From an uncultured bacterium (GTDB taxonomy: Bacteria > Fidelibacterota > Marinisomatia > Marinisomatales > CAZVFT01), in NCBI GenBank assembly GCA_964626495.1, contig CAZVFT010000003.1, positions 1,995 to 53,220 on the forward strand: DNA of 51,226 nucleotides, read 5' to 3'. Shown in pieces: positions 41,078 through 50,411 of the stretch. Position 1 is the stretch's first letter, and each line of letters starts with the position of its first letter. Position numbers and translations under genes: made by a program. The notes under the pieces are model-generated. The model saw only the letters and a program-made list of their open reading frames with translations, did not search any database and was not told the DNA's origin.

Positions 41078-42258
41078 CAGATTCCCGCAAATACCTTTGT
41101 AACATCATAAATCAATTTCGGTTTTTTCATAACCGCTTTTAAAAAGACCTTGGTAATCGTTCGCTCATCTTCAGGAATTTTTAACACCGCTTTTGCAATA
41201 TTATCAAGCTCTTCATCACTTAATTCTGTAATGGTATTTTTTAACCGGTAATATCTTTCATGGTTCTTCCCTCCAATCTTGCGCCACTCCCTGCTGTATC
41301 TGGATAAATATTTCTCACTAAAGTCATTATTTGTGACGGCTTTCGCTGTTGTTTCTCCTGCCAGCATACCGGCTTTCATCGCTGGGATGATGCCGCCGCC
41401 TGTCATTGGATTGACCATGTGAGCAGAATCTCCTACAAGTATCAATCCATTTGTTACGATCGTTTTCAGCGTTTTATCGCAGGGAACACCTCCCGCCACT
41501 GCTGTCAGCACAGAATGGTTTGGATAACGATGTTGTAAAAATTCGTCTAAATATCTGTATGCGGATTTCTCTTTGCTGTATTTCCCTGATATTCCAAGTC
41601 CGATATTTGCCCGGTTCTTTCCTTTCGGGAAAACCCAGATATATCCCCCGGGAGCCCATTTTTTTGACAGATAAAAGTCAAACCGCCTTTCGTCCACCTC
41701 TATGCCTGTAACAGTCTTCTGGACGCAAGATAGCATATCTTTCATCTTAACCTGGGTTTGAAGACCCGCCCAACGCCCTACACGACTTTCTACACCATCG
41801 GCTCCAATAACAAGCTTTGCCTTCAATTCAAACGGTTCAGATAAATATTTCCCCTTTACCCCTGCTACACAATCACCATCAAACAGAAGTCCATTCACAT
41901 ATGCCTTTGTGATGACAGTAGCACCTTCCATAGCAGCCATTTGAGCAAGATCGTAATCGAATATTCGCCGGTCCAGGATAAAACCCCGCGCCTTCATATC
42001 AAAATCCACAACATAGTCGCTGGGAGAGACCAATCGGATTTTCGAGATGGTAGATTTTATCCACCGGGGATCGGGGTCCATAAAATTTTTGAGTCCCTCC
42101 TCACTGACCGCTTCACCACACCGGACGGGCATCCCAATATCTCGATCTTTTTCCAGAACAAGAACTTTCGCTCCGTTCATAGAAGCATAACGGGCCGCTG
42201 TCGTGCCTGCCGGTCCGCCACCTACGACAATGATATCAAACTTCTTCTGTCTCCACAT
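41077..42258 (-). CDS. Geranylgeranyl reductase family flavoprotein (DGGGPL reductase-like)
   Basis: VVGGGPAG, PVRCGE, GADG.ES, PGGYIWVFPKG, GDSA..NPMTGGGI. Start moved to ATG 42258. Confidence 0.9.
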   Translation of the reverse strand: MWRQKKFDIIVVGGGPAGTTAARYASMNGAKVLVLEKDRDIGMPVRCGEAVSEEGLKNFMDPDPRWIKSTISKIRLVSPSDYVVDFDMKARGFILDRRIFDYDLAQMAAMEGATVITKAYVNGLLFDGDCVAGVKGKYLSEPFELKAKLVIGADGVESRVGRWAGLQTQVKMKDMLSCVQKTVTGIEVDERRFDFYLSKKWAPGGYIWVFPKGKNRANIGLGISGKYSKEKSAYRYLDEFLQHRYPNHSVLTAVAGGVPCDKTLKTIVTNGLILVGDSAHMVNPMTGGGIIPAMKAGMLAGETTAKAVTNNDFSEKYLSRYSREWRKIGGKNHERYYRLKNTITELSDEELDNIAKAVLKIPEDERTITKVFLKAVMKKPKLIYDVTKVFAGI

Positions 42259-42421
42259 TCTCCAGCACCTCAAATGGACAGATAAATATGCACAATTCAC
42301 AATCAATACAGAGTTCTTGATCGATTGTGAGGATAGCTTCCTCAATTTCAATACAATCTTCGGGACAGACCGCCACACAGCTGCCGCAAAAATCGCACTT
42401 ATCTTGAATGATTTTAATCAT
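42236..42421 (-). CDS. 2[4Fe-4S] ferredoxin
   Basis: CxxCxxCxxxCP twice in 61 aa. Confidence 0.93.
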   Translation of the reverse strand: MIKIIQDKCDFCGSCVAVCPEDCIEIEEAILTIDQELCIDCELCIFICPFEVLENVETEEV

Positions 42422-43460
42422 GGAAGAGCGGTTGTGATGGCATTTCCGAAAAAGTTGGATAAATCACGCCAAATCGAAAATAATAATAATGTCTCATCAA
42501 ATAAAAATTTATAATAAGAGGAACGAAAAACCACGGATACCTGACTCCAACAAATATTCCAAGAATAAGGACGGGATAACGAATAGACCACAGAACGTGT
42601 CGTGGCTTCCTTAAGATTAAAGCAACAAGAAAAAACGGGAGGGTAATAATTGACGCTGTGCTGATGACAGGATCTGAATATTTATATCCCAATACGGTAG
42701 ATAAGCATATCAAAAGGGTTCCAATGGCAAGTATGGTTCCATCACCATATTTTATTGCAAAGGTTACTTTATTCGTTTTTTCATCACCCACACGATCAGG
42801 AATAGACGTTAGCATTGATACTGCAATAAAAGCCGAAACATAGGGAATAGATTGAATCAATCCAGTCATTAACTCCCCTCCGGCGTAGGTCCAACCCGTC
42901 ATAAACAGAAACAATCCCGCCAAACCATTCCCGATTGTTTCTAAAATTGGTTTCATTGACCATAGAAATTTCCCCCGATAAAATAATATTCCCCAAACAC
43001 CATAGAGAAGTAATACCCAGACCAGAGTAAAAAATATAAATTCATTCCGCATAATAGAAACAAAAAATAAAGATAACACAACAATAACTATGCCGGCAAT
43101 GAAGGCTAGTTTAGCGACAGAGCGGGCTTTCTCTTCTGAAATAATCTTCTGGCAGATCAATAGATTTTTTTGATTGATCTGATCTCTATCCCGGTGAAGG
43201 ATTTGTCCTTGAATAAACGTTGTGGAAACTATCAAGGTCAATCCAAGAAAAAACATAACTCCAATCCAATCTATATGGGTTGACCACCACAATTCCTCGA
43301 TAACACCACCTCTTGCAGCGCTGATTCCTGCCAAAGTCATTATCCAAACTGGGAAAAATAGAATCGGTCTCATCAGGAAAAAGGTATCCAACACCTTGAT
43401 TTTTCCACTAATCTTCTTGAACAGTGGAGTATTGTATTTAATAAATCTTGCGATGAACAT
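42414..43460 (-). CDS. UbiA-superfamily prenyltransferase-like membrane protein
   Basis: Multi-TM, FLMRP, D.INQK, IPDRVGD..K.TFAI. Confidence 0.75.
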   Translation of the reverse strand: MFIARFIKYNTPLFKKISGKIKVLDTFFLMRPILFFPVWIMTLAGISAARGGVIEELWWSTHIDWIGVMFFLGLTLIVSTTFIQGQILHRDRDQINQKNLLICQKIISEEKARSVAKLAFIAGIVIVVLSLFFVSIMRNEFIFFTLVWVLLLYGVWGILFYRGKFLWSMKPILETIGNGLAGLFLFMTGWTYAGGELMTGLIQSIPYVSAFIAVSMLTSIPDRVGDEKTNKVTFAIKYGDGTILAIGTLLICLSTVLGYKYSDPVISTASIITLPFFLVALILRKPRHVLWSIRYPVLILGIFVGVRYPWFFVPLIINFYLMRHYYYFRFGVIYPTFSEMPSQPLFHD

Positions 43461-43462
43461 TG

Positions 43463-45016
43463 TTATGTTTTTTCAATAATTCCAGCGATGAAAGTAATAA
43501 CTGTGAGAATTATAGTTATTACCAATATTAAAGTTGTAAGACCCGAGGATAGATTAAAACGACTTCCTTTTTTTAATTCCTCAATAAATTGATTCGCACC
43601 CCATACGACCAATGTAAAAATCGCTAATAATAAGCCACCAAGTGGAAGTAGATATTTGAATGATAAATAGTCAGCAAAGTCGAAAAATGTCCAACCTGTC
43701 TTTGACCAACCTATAAGAATTGAAGGATATTTCTCAAATACTCCAGCAATAATCACAGCAATTCCTGATGCGAAAACTGCTATTGTAACACCTTTACCGG
43801 GTAGATGAATCTTTTCCTGTCGAAAATCAAAACAGCCAAGCAGAATTGCAAATATACAAATCAGAATGCCAGCTACAACAGAAACAATAGCTGTTTGCGA
43901 AAGTGGATGCCAATCTGCAAGCGCACCAAATGACATTGCGGAAGGAATACCAAGTAAGAAGATGACGATCCCAAAAGTAAGAGTAGCCTGTTTTCTGGGC
44001 CAACCTCGTTCATCAATAAAATATGCACTAATTACCTCAAGTAGAGATATTCCCGATGTTAAAGCCGCGATGGACATAAGAAGGAAAAACAGCAGCCCGA
44101 AAAACGCACCTCCGGGCATTTCCGAAAAAATGGCTGGTAGGACATGAAAAATTAATCCGGGTCCAGCAGCAGGCTCCAGGTCATAGGCAAATACCGCGGT
44201 AAAAATGGCAACCCCAGCCAGTATTGCTACAGATGTGTCAAGAATTGCAATGATTATTGCAGAAGTGACAAGATTATCCTTTCGGGAAAGATATGATCCG
44301 TATGTAATCATAGCTCCCATTCCAAGGCTCAGAGTAAAAAATGCATGCCCCAGAGCAACTAATATTGTATCGCCGGTTATCTTTGAAAAATCGGGTTTGA
44401 ATAGAAATTTTAATCCTGAGGATGCTCCCGGTAGAGTAACTCCCCTAATTACTAAAATTATAAGGATTATTATTAACGACGGCATCAGTATTTTGCTGGC
44501 TCTCTCAATCCCGCTTTTAACACCACCAATAACGATGGATATACAGAGTGCCATAAATAAGCCGTGATAGAAGATTGCCCAGCGAGTTGTTGCTGCAGAT
44601 GCTGTAAAATGTTCGCCAGCCTGAGCGGCATCTTGAAACAGAGAAAAAACACCATGTAGAGCTTTCCACACATATCCCAAACACCATCCAGCTACCACAC
44701 TATAATAGGAAAGGATAATAAATCCTGCTAGAACACCCATTGCACCAACAAGATACCATTTCCCCCCAGAACGATCAACGCTTCTAAAGGCTCCCACAGG
44801 ATTTTTATGAGTTAGACGACCAAGTCCAAACTCCATTAGCATAACGGGAAATCCAATAACAATAACACAAATTATGTAAATGAGAACAAACGCAGCTCCA
44901 CCATTCATTCCAGTAATAAAAGGGAATTTCCAAATATTTCCTAATCCCACTGCGGAGCCGACTGCTGCCAGTATAAATCCAAAGTTTGTTCCCCATTGTT
45001 CCCTATTTGATGTCAT
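43463..45016 (-). CDS. Sodium-dependent transporter, NSS/SNF family
   Basis: GSAVGLGNIWKFP, GGAAF, FFTLSLGMG.MITYGSY, GPGLIF. Confidence 0.95.
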   Translation of the reverse strand: MTSNREQWGTNFGFILAAVGSAVGLGNIWKFPFITGMNGGAAFVLIYIICVIVIGFPVMLMEFGLGRLTHKNPVGAFRSVDRSGGKWYLVGAMGVLAGFIILSYYSVVAGWCLGYVWKALHGVFSLFQDAAQAGEHFTASAATTRWAIFYHGLFMALCISIVIGGVKSGIERASKILMPSLIIILIILVIRGVTLPGASSGLKFLFKPDFSKITGDTILVALGHAFFTLSLGMGAMITYGSYLSRKDNLVTSAIIIAILDTSVAILAGVAIFTAVFAYDLEPAAGPGLIFHVLPAIFSEMPGGAFFGLLFFLLMSIAALTSGISLLEVISAYFIDERGWPRKQATLTFGIVIFLLGIPSAMSFGALADWHPLSQTAIVSVVAGILICIFAILLGCFDFRQEKIHLPGKGVTIAVFASGIAVIIAGVFEKYPSILIGWSKTGWTFFDFADYLSFKYLLPLGGLLLAIFTLVVWGANQFIEELKKGSRFNLSSGLTTLILVITIILTVITFIAGIIEKT

Positions 45017-45454
45017 TTATTCTCCTGTCTCGAAGGGACTCCCTCTGCGAGCTGTCTCCTCCTGTTGAGAGTCGTTTTTCTCAATTGGTCTATCAAACTC
45101 GTCTATATTTTCTTCAAAAGATGACAAGTGGCTATCCACCAGTGCATCTAAAAGGTTGTAAATATAAATCAAACCAACCCACCAGGCATATTTATTTCTC
45201 TTTTCTAAGTAACGATTGTTATCAGGATTGTTATTGTATAGATTCCTGAAATTAATATATTGGTAACAGGCGTACGATTCCGCAAGGACAATCAACGTTC
45301 CTTTTACCCACTTCCCATTATAAAACTGGCCGCCACCCGGAATGATGGAGTACATGACCGCTTTCTTCGGTGATTTCTCAACAAATGTAGAATCCTGAGA
45401 TGCAAAAAGTGGTGCAACTAAAAAAAGGGGGAGGAAAATAGTTGCTGGTTTCAC
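45017..45454 (-). CDS. Hypothetical membrane protein (DUF5683-like)
   Basis: KSPKKA..SIIPGGGQFYN, NLLDALVDSHL. Confidence 0.7.
   Translation of the reverse strand: MKPATIFLPLFLVAPLFASQDSTFVEKSPKKAVMYSIIPGGGQFYNGKWVKGTLIVLAESYACYQYINFRNLYNNNPDNNRYLEKRNKYAWWVGLIYIYNLLDALVDSHLSSFEENIDEFDRPIEKNDSQQEETARRGSPFETGE
45031..45054. repeat. 24-bp dispersed repeat, copy 1
   Basis: CGAAGGGACTCCCTCTGCGAGCTG, identical to 46407-46430. Confidence 0.9.
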
Positions 45455-45483
45455 ACAAATATGTGTTTTGATGGTTATTATTA

Positions 45484-45867
45484 CTATCTTACTGCGATAC
45501 AGTCAATTTCCACATCTGTTCCCAAAGGAAGGTCAGAAACCTGAACAGCCGAACGAGCTGGCGGATCGTTAGTAAAAACCTTTCTAAATATATCGTTTAA
45601 TTCATCAAATCTGGAAAGATCGGTTAAAAATACTGTGAGTTTTACAGCATTATCCAGAGAAGAATCAGCTTCCTGAAGTATGGTATCGAGGTTATGTAAA
45701 ATCTGTTTAACACGGGATTTAAAATCCCCTTCAATAATATTTCCCGTGGCGGGGTTGATGGCAATCTGACCCGCGGTGAAAATAAAATCTCCAGACACAA
45801 TTGCCTGGCTGTATGGTCCGACAGCTTTTGGGGCTTTGTCCGTTATCACGACCTTCCTATTTGTCAT
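45484..45867 (-). CDS. ridA: RidA/YjgF family enamine deaminase
   Basis: APKAVGPYSQA, AGQI, PARSAVQV, VEID. Confidence 0.92.
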   Translation of the reverse strand: MTNRKVVITDKAPKAVGPYSQAIVSGDFIFTAGQIAINPATGNIIEGDFKSRVKQILHNLDTILQEADSSLDNAVKLTVFLTDLSRFDELNDIFRKVFTNDPPARSAVQVSDLPLGTDVEIDCIAVR

Positions 45868-47336
45868 AACTGCATCCATCTTAAATTGAGTGATCGATTT
45901 GCTGACACCTCATCGAGTCGTCTGACAGGAGTGGAGTATGGGGCATTCTGTACCTTCTCTGGATTGGTTTTTGACTCTTCATCAATTTGAAGCAAGGCTT
46001 TGGCAAATCGATCCAGATTTTCCATAGTTTCGGACTCTGTTGGTTCCACCATCAAAGCTTCTGGTACATTCATAGGAAAATAGACAGTGGGAGCATGAAA
46101 ACCAAAGTCCAACAACCTTTTACCAATATCAAGGGCTTTGACTCCCCGCTCCTTTTGCTTCTTCGCTGTTAAGACAAATTCGTGCATACAGTGATCATCA
46201 ATATAAAGATCATAAGCCTTCTGAACCCGGTGTTTTAGATAGTTGGCATTCAAGATTGCCTGTCGTGATAATGTGCTGAGCCTTTCTCTTCCCACCATCT
46301 GGATATAAGTGTATGCTCGCACCAGGATGCCAAAATTACCAAAAAAGGAATGAATACGCCCGATACTGTTAGGAAGATCATAGTTCAGGCTGTATCGTTC
46401 TCCTCCCGAAGGGACTCCCTCTGCGAGCTGGCGTTCTACCAGCGGGATGGGGAGTAAATCCATTAGTTTCTCCACAACGCCGATGGGACCAGACCCGGGT
46501 CCTCCCCCACCGTGAGGTGTCGAAAAAGTTTTATGTGGATTAATGTGAACAATATCAAATCCCATATCTACCGGTCTAATAATACCAAGAAGCGCATTCA
46601 AATTGGCTCCATCCATATACATCAATCCACCTGCTTCGTGAACGAGCTGGGTGATTTCTTCAATGTCCGATTCGAATAACCCAAGAGTATTAGGAACGGT
46701 CAACATCATTCCTGCAACATTTTCCGATAGCTTCTTTTTCAAATCTTCCAGATCCACTCGTCCACTTTGGTTGGTCAGTACATTCCGCACCTCGCAACCT
46801 CCCATCATGACACTGGCAGGATTTGTTCCGTGAGCGGTATCCGGTATCAGGATGACACGCCTGTCATTCCCTTTGAGTGAATGATACTTTCGCATCAGCA
46901 ACACGCCTGTTAATTCTCCCTGAGAGCCAGCGCTGGGTTGAAGGGTGAAACGATCCATCCCTGTGATGGCTTTTAACTGCTCCTCCAAACCGAAGATGAC
47001 AGCCAATGCTCCCTGGATGGTCCTCTCCGGCTGGCGGGGATGAACGGCAGTGAAACCGCTCATTTGTGAGGTAACCTCATTAACTTTTGGATTGTATTTC
47101 ATCGTACAGGAACCTAACGGATAGAGATCCCTGTCTACGTGATGGTTTTTGACGGATAGATTGGTAAAATGACGGATTACTTCCGGCTCGGTAACTTCTG
47201 GTAATGATGCATCATTACTACGTAATTCTGATTCATCGAATAAATCTGCTGGTAAAATAGCAGGAACATCACTTTCTGGAAGTGAAGACCCAACCTTCCC
47301 TTCCCGACTCTTATGAAAAATCAGATGGTTACTCAT
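45864..47336 (-). CDS. gcvPB: Glycine dehydrogenase (decarboxylating) subunit 2
   Basis: YPLGSCTMKYNP, AHGTNPAS, DGANLNA, HKTFSTPHGGGGPG, EPTESE. Confidence 0.96.
   Translation of the reverse strand: MSNHLIFHKSREGKVGSSLPESDVPAILPADLFDESELRSNDASLPEVTEPEVIRHFTNLSVKNHHVDRDLYPLGSCTMKYNPKVNEVTSQMSGFTAVHPRQPERTIQGALAVIFGLEEQLKAITGMDRFTLQPSAGSQGELTGVLLMRKYHSLKGNDRRVILIPDTAHGTNPASVMMGGCEVRNVLTNQSGRVDLEDLKKKLSENVAGMMLTVPNTLGLFESDIEEITQLVHEAGGLMYMDGANLNALLGIIRPVDMGFDIVHINPHKTFSTPHGGGGPGSGPIGVVEKLMDLLPIPLVERQLAEGVPSGGERYSLNYDLPNSIGRIHSFFGNFGILVRAYTYIQMVGRERLSTLSRQAILNANYLKHRVQKAYDLYIDDHCMHEFVLTAKKQKERGVKALDIGKRLLDFGFHAPTVYFPMNVPEALMVEPTESETMENLDRFAKALLQIDEESKTNPEKVQNAPYSTPVRRLDEVSANRSLNLRWMQL
46404..46430. 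repeat. 24-bp dispersed repeat, copy 2, in frame in gcvPB
   Basis: TCCCGAAGGGACTCCCTCTGCGAG (46404-46427) encodes LAEGVPSG within VERQ|GERY. Confidence 0.88.
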
Positions 47337-49924
47337 TTCCCCCTCACAATTTTAACCGACTCTTTTTTAATCTCTTTAATGGCATCGTGTAAGACGTCTG
47401 GATCTTTCCCTCCAGCCGTGGCAAGATGAGGTTTACCACCTCCGCCTCCGCCAATCATTTGTCCAAATTTTCTTGCAAGATCACCTGCTTTTATTCCTTT
47501 TTTATTAAGATCTTTGGTAACAATACATACCAGGTTTGGTTTATCATCAATAATTCCCCCAAGAACACCTATCCCGCTCTTCAATTTTGTAAGCAGTTGA
47601 TCTCCCAGGTTTTTCAAATGATCCATATCAATAACATCCACCACCGTCGCCAATACATTTCGCCCATTTACCTCTTCACACTCTTTCATCACACTAATGA
47701 GTACATCAGCCTTACTGACCGTCTGTTTTTTTCTTAACTTTTTCTCGAGGTTTTTTTTCTGCTCCAGCAATTTGGATACGCGTTCGGCAACCTGTTCCCT
47801 GGAACAATTAAGCAATTCCTGAACTTGAGACAGAATATCAAATCCATTCAAAATATAATCAATTGCTTTCGAACCCGTTATGGCAAAAATTCGTCTCACG
47901 CCGGCTGCAAGAGAAGATTCCTCTGTTATCTTGAAAAATCCAATTTCTCCTGTGCTAATTACGTGAGTTCCCCCACATAATTCCTTTGAGAAATCACCTG
48001 CACTCACCACCCTGACTTTTTCACCGTATTTTTCTCCAAATAAAGCCACAGCTCCTTCTTGGCGAGCTTTTTCAAAATCCTTATAAGATATTTCTATCGG
48101 TATATTTTCCCGGATCTCTCGGTTTACAATTTCTTCTACTTTACGAATTTGTTCCAGTGTCATTTTCTCATAATGGGTGAGGTCAAAGCGAAGATAGTCA
48201 GAATGAACCAGAGATCCTGCTTGATGCACATGATCCCCAAGTACGAGTTTCAGTGCTTTGTGCATAAGATGTGTAGCGGTGTGATTTAATTTGATGGCAT
48301 TTCGTCTGTTTACGTCAATTTCTGCAGTTACTTCTGGAGATTCAACAGCATCGTCCGACATCATCTTCCCAATGTGAATAAAATTTTCACCTTCCTTTAC
48401 GGTATTGACAACTTCAATGGTAAATCTCTCACCTCTAATGAACCCCGCATCACCAACCTGCCCCCCAGATTCACCATAAAATGGAGTTCTGTCAAGAATT
48501 AGAAAAACTTTCCCATTTTCATTTAAATATCGTCGAATTTGAACCTTCGATTTAGCTTCATCATAACCGATGAATTCAGAATCTTTCCCTTTGGTCAATT
48601 CTACCCAGTTACCTTTAGCCACATCCACGCGGAATCTGGCGGATGATCGCGCTCTTTCCCGCTGTCCTTGCATCTCCTGTTCGAAGCCTTTCAGATCAAC
48701 CGACAGCCCCTTTTCCCTCGCCATCTGTTGAGTGAGGTCCAGCGGGAATCCAAAAGTATCATACAATTTGAATGCCTTATCGCCGGGAATAATATCAGCA
48801 GTCAGATCCGCAAGTATCTTCTGAAAATTCTCAAGACCTCGATCAAGAGTTGCGTTAAAACTCTCCTCTTCAACCTTGATTACTTTTTCGACATGTTTTT
48901 TCCGCTCAACCAGTTCCGGATAAATATCCCCCATCATGTCAATAATCATAGGAACCAAACGATAAAGGAACGGATCGTGAGCCCCAAGATTTCTACTGAA
49001 ACGAGCCGCACGGCGAAGGATTCTCCTCACCACGTATCCTCTACCCTCGTTCGATGGAAGCACACCGTCAGCAATGGCAAAAGTCATCATTCGAAGATGA
49101 TCTGCAATTACCCTGTGGGGTACCGGATTGTTCTTGTAAAATGTGTTTGTTAACCTTTCCACTTCCTGAATAATCGGTTGGAACAAGTCAGATTGATAAT
49201 TGCTTGTTTTATGTTGCAATACAGCAGCAATACGCTCAAGCCCAGCACCCGTATCAACGTGTTTTTTGGAAAGTCTTTCAAGGCTTCCGTCCGGCATACG
49301 ATTACTCTGGATAAAAACAAGATTCCAGAGTTCCCAATACTGGTCAGATACATTGATACCTTTTTTATTTTGTTTGGATAAGTCTTTACCCACATAATAA
49401 TGAATCTCAGAACAGGGACCGCAGGGACCTGTTTCCCCCATTTCCCAGAAATTTTCTCTTTTCCCAAATTTCAATACCCGATTAGGGTCAATATCTGTCA
49501 CCTTTTTCCACAATTCTTCAGACTCATTATCCCCCTCAAAAACTGTCGCCCAAAGTCGTTCTTTTGGCAGCTCCCAAATCTCTGTGAAAAGTTCCCATGC
49601 CCAGTGAATTGCTTCCTCCTTGTAGTAATCTCCAAAAGACCAATTCCCTAACATCTCAAAAAATGTGTGATGGAATGTGTCATAGCCCACCTCTTCCAGG
49701 TCATTATGTTTCCCACTCACTCGGATACATTTCTGAGAATTCACGATACGCGGATATTTTATTCCCTCCTTATCCAGAAAAATATTTTTAAACTGGTTCA
49801 TACCGGCATTTGTGAATAGAAGAGTAGGATCGTCAACCGGTACTACGGGTGTACTTCGGACGAAAGAGTGATCTCTTTCCTTAAAGAAATCAATAAATTG
49901 TTGTCTGACTGTCTTAGAATCCAT
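47333..49924 (-). CDS. alaS: Alanine-tRNA ligase
   Basis: LLFTNAGMNQFK, HHTFFEMLGNWSFGDY, DTGAGLER, HTATHL, ELCGGTHV, GGGGKP. Confidence 0.98.
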   Translation of the reverse strand: MDSKTVRQQFIDFFKERDHSFVRSTPVVPVDDPTLLFTNAGMNQFKNIFLDKEGIKYPRIVNSQKCIRVSGKHNDLEEVGYDTFHHTFFEMLGNWSFGDYYKEEAIHWAWELFTEIWELPKERLWATVFEGDNESEELWKKVTDIDPNRVLKFGKRENFWEMGETGPCGPCSEIHYYVGKDLSKQNKKGINVSDQYWELWNLVFIQSNRMPDGSLERLSKKHVDTGAGLERIAAVLQHKTSNYQSDLFQPIIQEVERLTNTFYKNNPVPHRVIADHLRMMTFAIADGVLPSNEGRGYVVRRILRRAARFSRNLGAHDPFLYRLVPMIIDMMGDIYPELVERKKHVEKVIKVEEESFNATLDRGLENFQKILADLTADIIPGDKAFKLYDTFGFPLDLTQQMAREKGLSVDLKGFEQEMQGQRERARSSARFRVDVAKGNWVELTKGKDSEFIGYDEAKSKVQIRRYLNENGKVFLILDRTPFYGESGGQVGDAGFIRGERFTIEVVNTVKEGENFIHIGKMMSDDAVESPEVTAEIDVNRRNAIKLNHTATHLMHKALKLVLGDHVHQAGSLVHSDYLRFDLTHYEKMTLEQIRKVEEIVNREIRENIPIEISYKDFEKARQEGAVALFGEKYGEKVRVVSAGDFSKELCGGTHVISTGEIGFFKITEESSLAAGVRRIFAITGSKAIDYILNGFDILSQVQELLNCSREQVAERVSKLLEQKKNLEKKLRKKQTVSKADVLISVMKECEEVNGRNVLATVVDVIDMDHLKNLGDQLLTKLKSGIGVLGGIIDDKPNLVCIVTKDLNKKGIKAGDLARKFGQMIGGGGGGKPHLATAGGKDPDVLHDAIKEIKKESVKIVRGK

Positions 49925-50260
49925 CCTGTTCAGAAAGCAAAAGAAGTTTCTATACTTGAAATATTGATGGCTTCATCACTTGTAATATCACAAATATGAT
50001 GCCCATCTCAAATATTCCATTTATACTTATCCTCATATAATTAAATTTACCCTTATGAATAGGTTTGTTCAATTTGTTTTTCTCACTAAAATAAAGTATT
50101 CAAGAAAATTTTTCTCCATTACTGAAACTCTCGTATGTTGAGCCTGATTTTGTTTATCAATCGAATAATGCAGCGCGATAAGTTAAAAATTGTCGTTTTT
50201 TGTGAATTTTTAAACCCAACAAAACCTTTTAAAAATTAATACATAAAGAGCAATGTTTAG

Positions 50261-50289
50261 TTGACATATAGATAGTTTATGTATATTTT
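50261..50289 (+). promoter_or_regulatory. Candidate sigma70 promoter for the FecR-domain gene
   Basis: TTGACA at 50261, TATTTT 17 nt downstream, in the AT-rich divergent spacer. Confidence 0.4.
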
Positions 50290-50411
50290 ATGCAAAGAAT
50301 GTTTGTATAATTAAGGAGGAGCCATTCCGAAAATACTGAAGCCAATGAATTATCCTGCTATACCAAGTTTGGAAACCTTAAACTAAACAAAAACAAAATA
50401 GAGGAATATTA

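Noticed and set aside
42259-42378. Long N-terminus of the geranylgeranyl reductase ORF
   Set aside because: It overlaps the ferredoxin gene in another frame. The FAD-binding motif begins right after ATG 42258.
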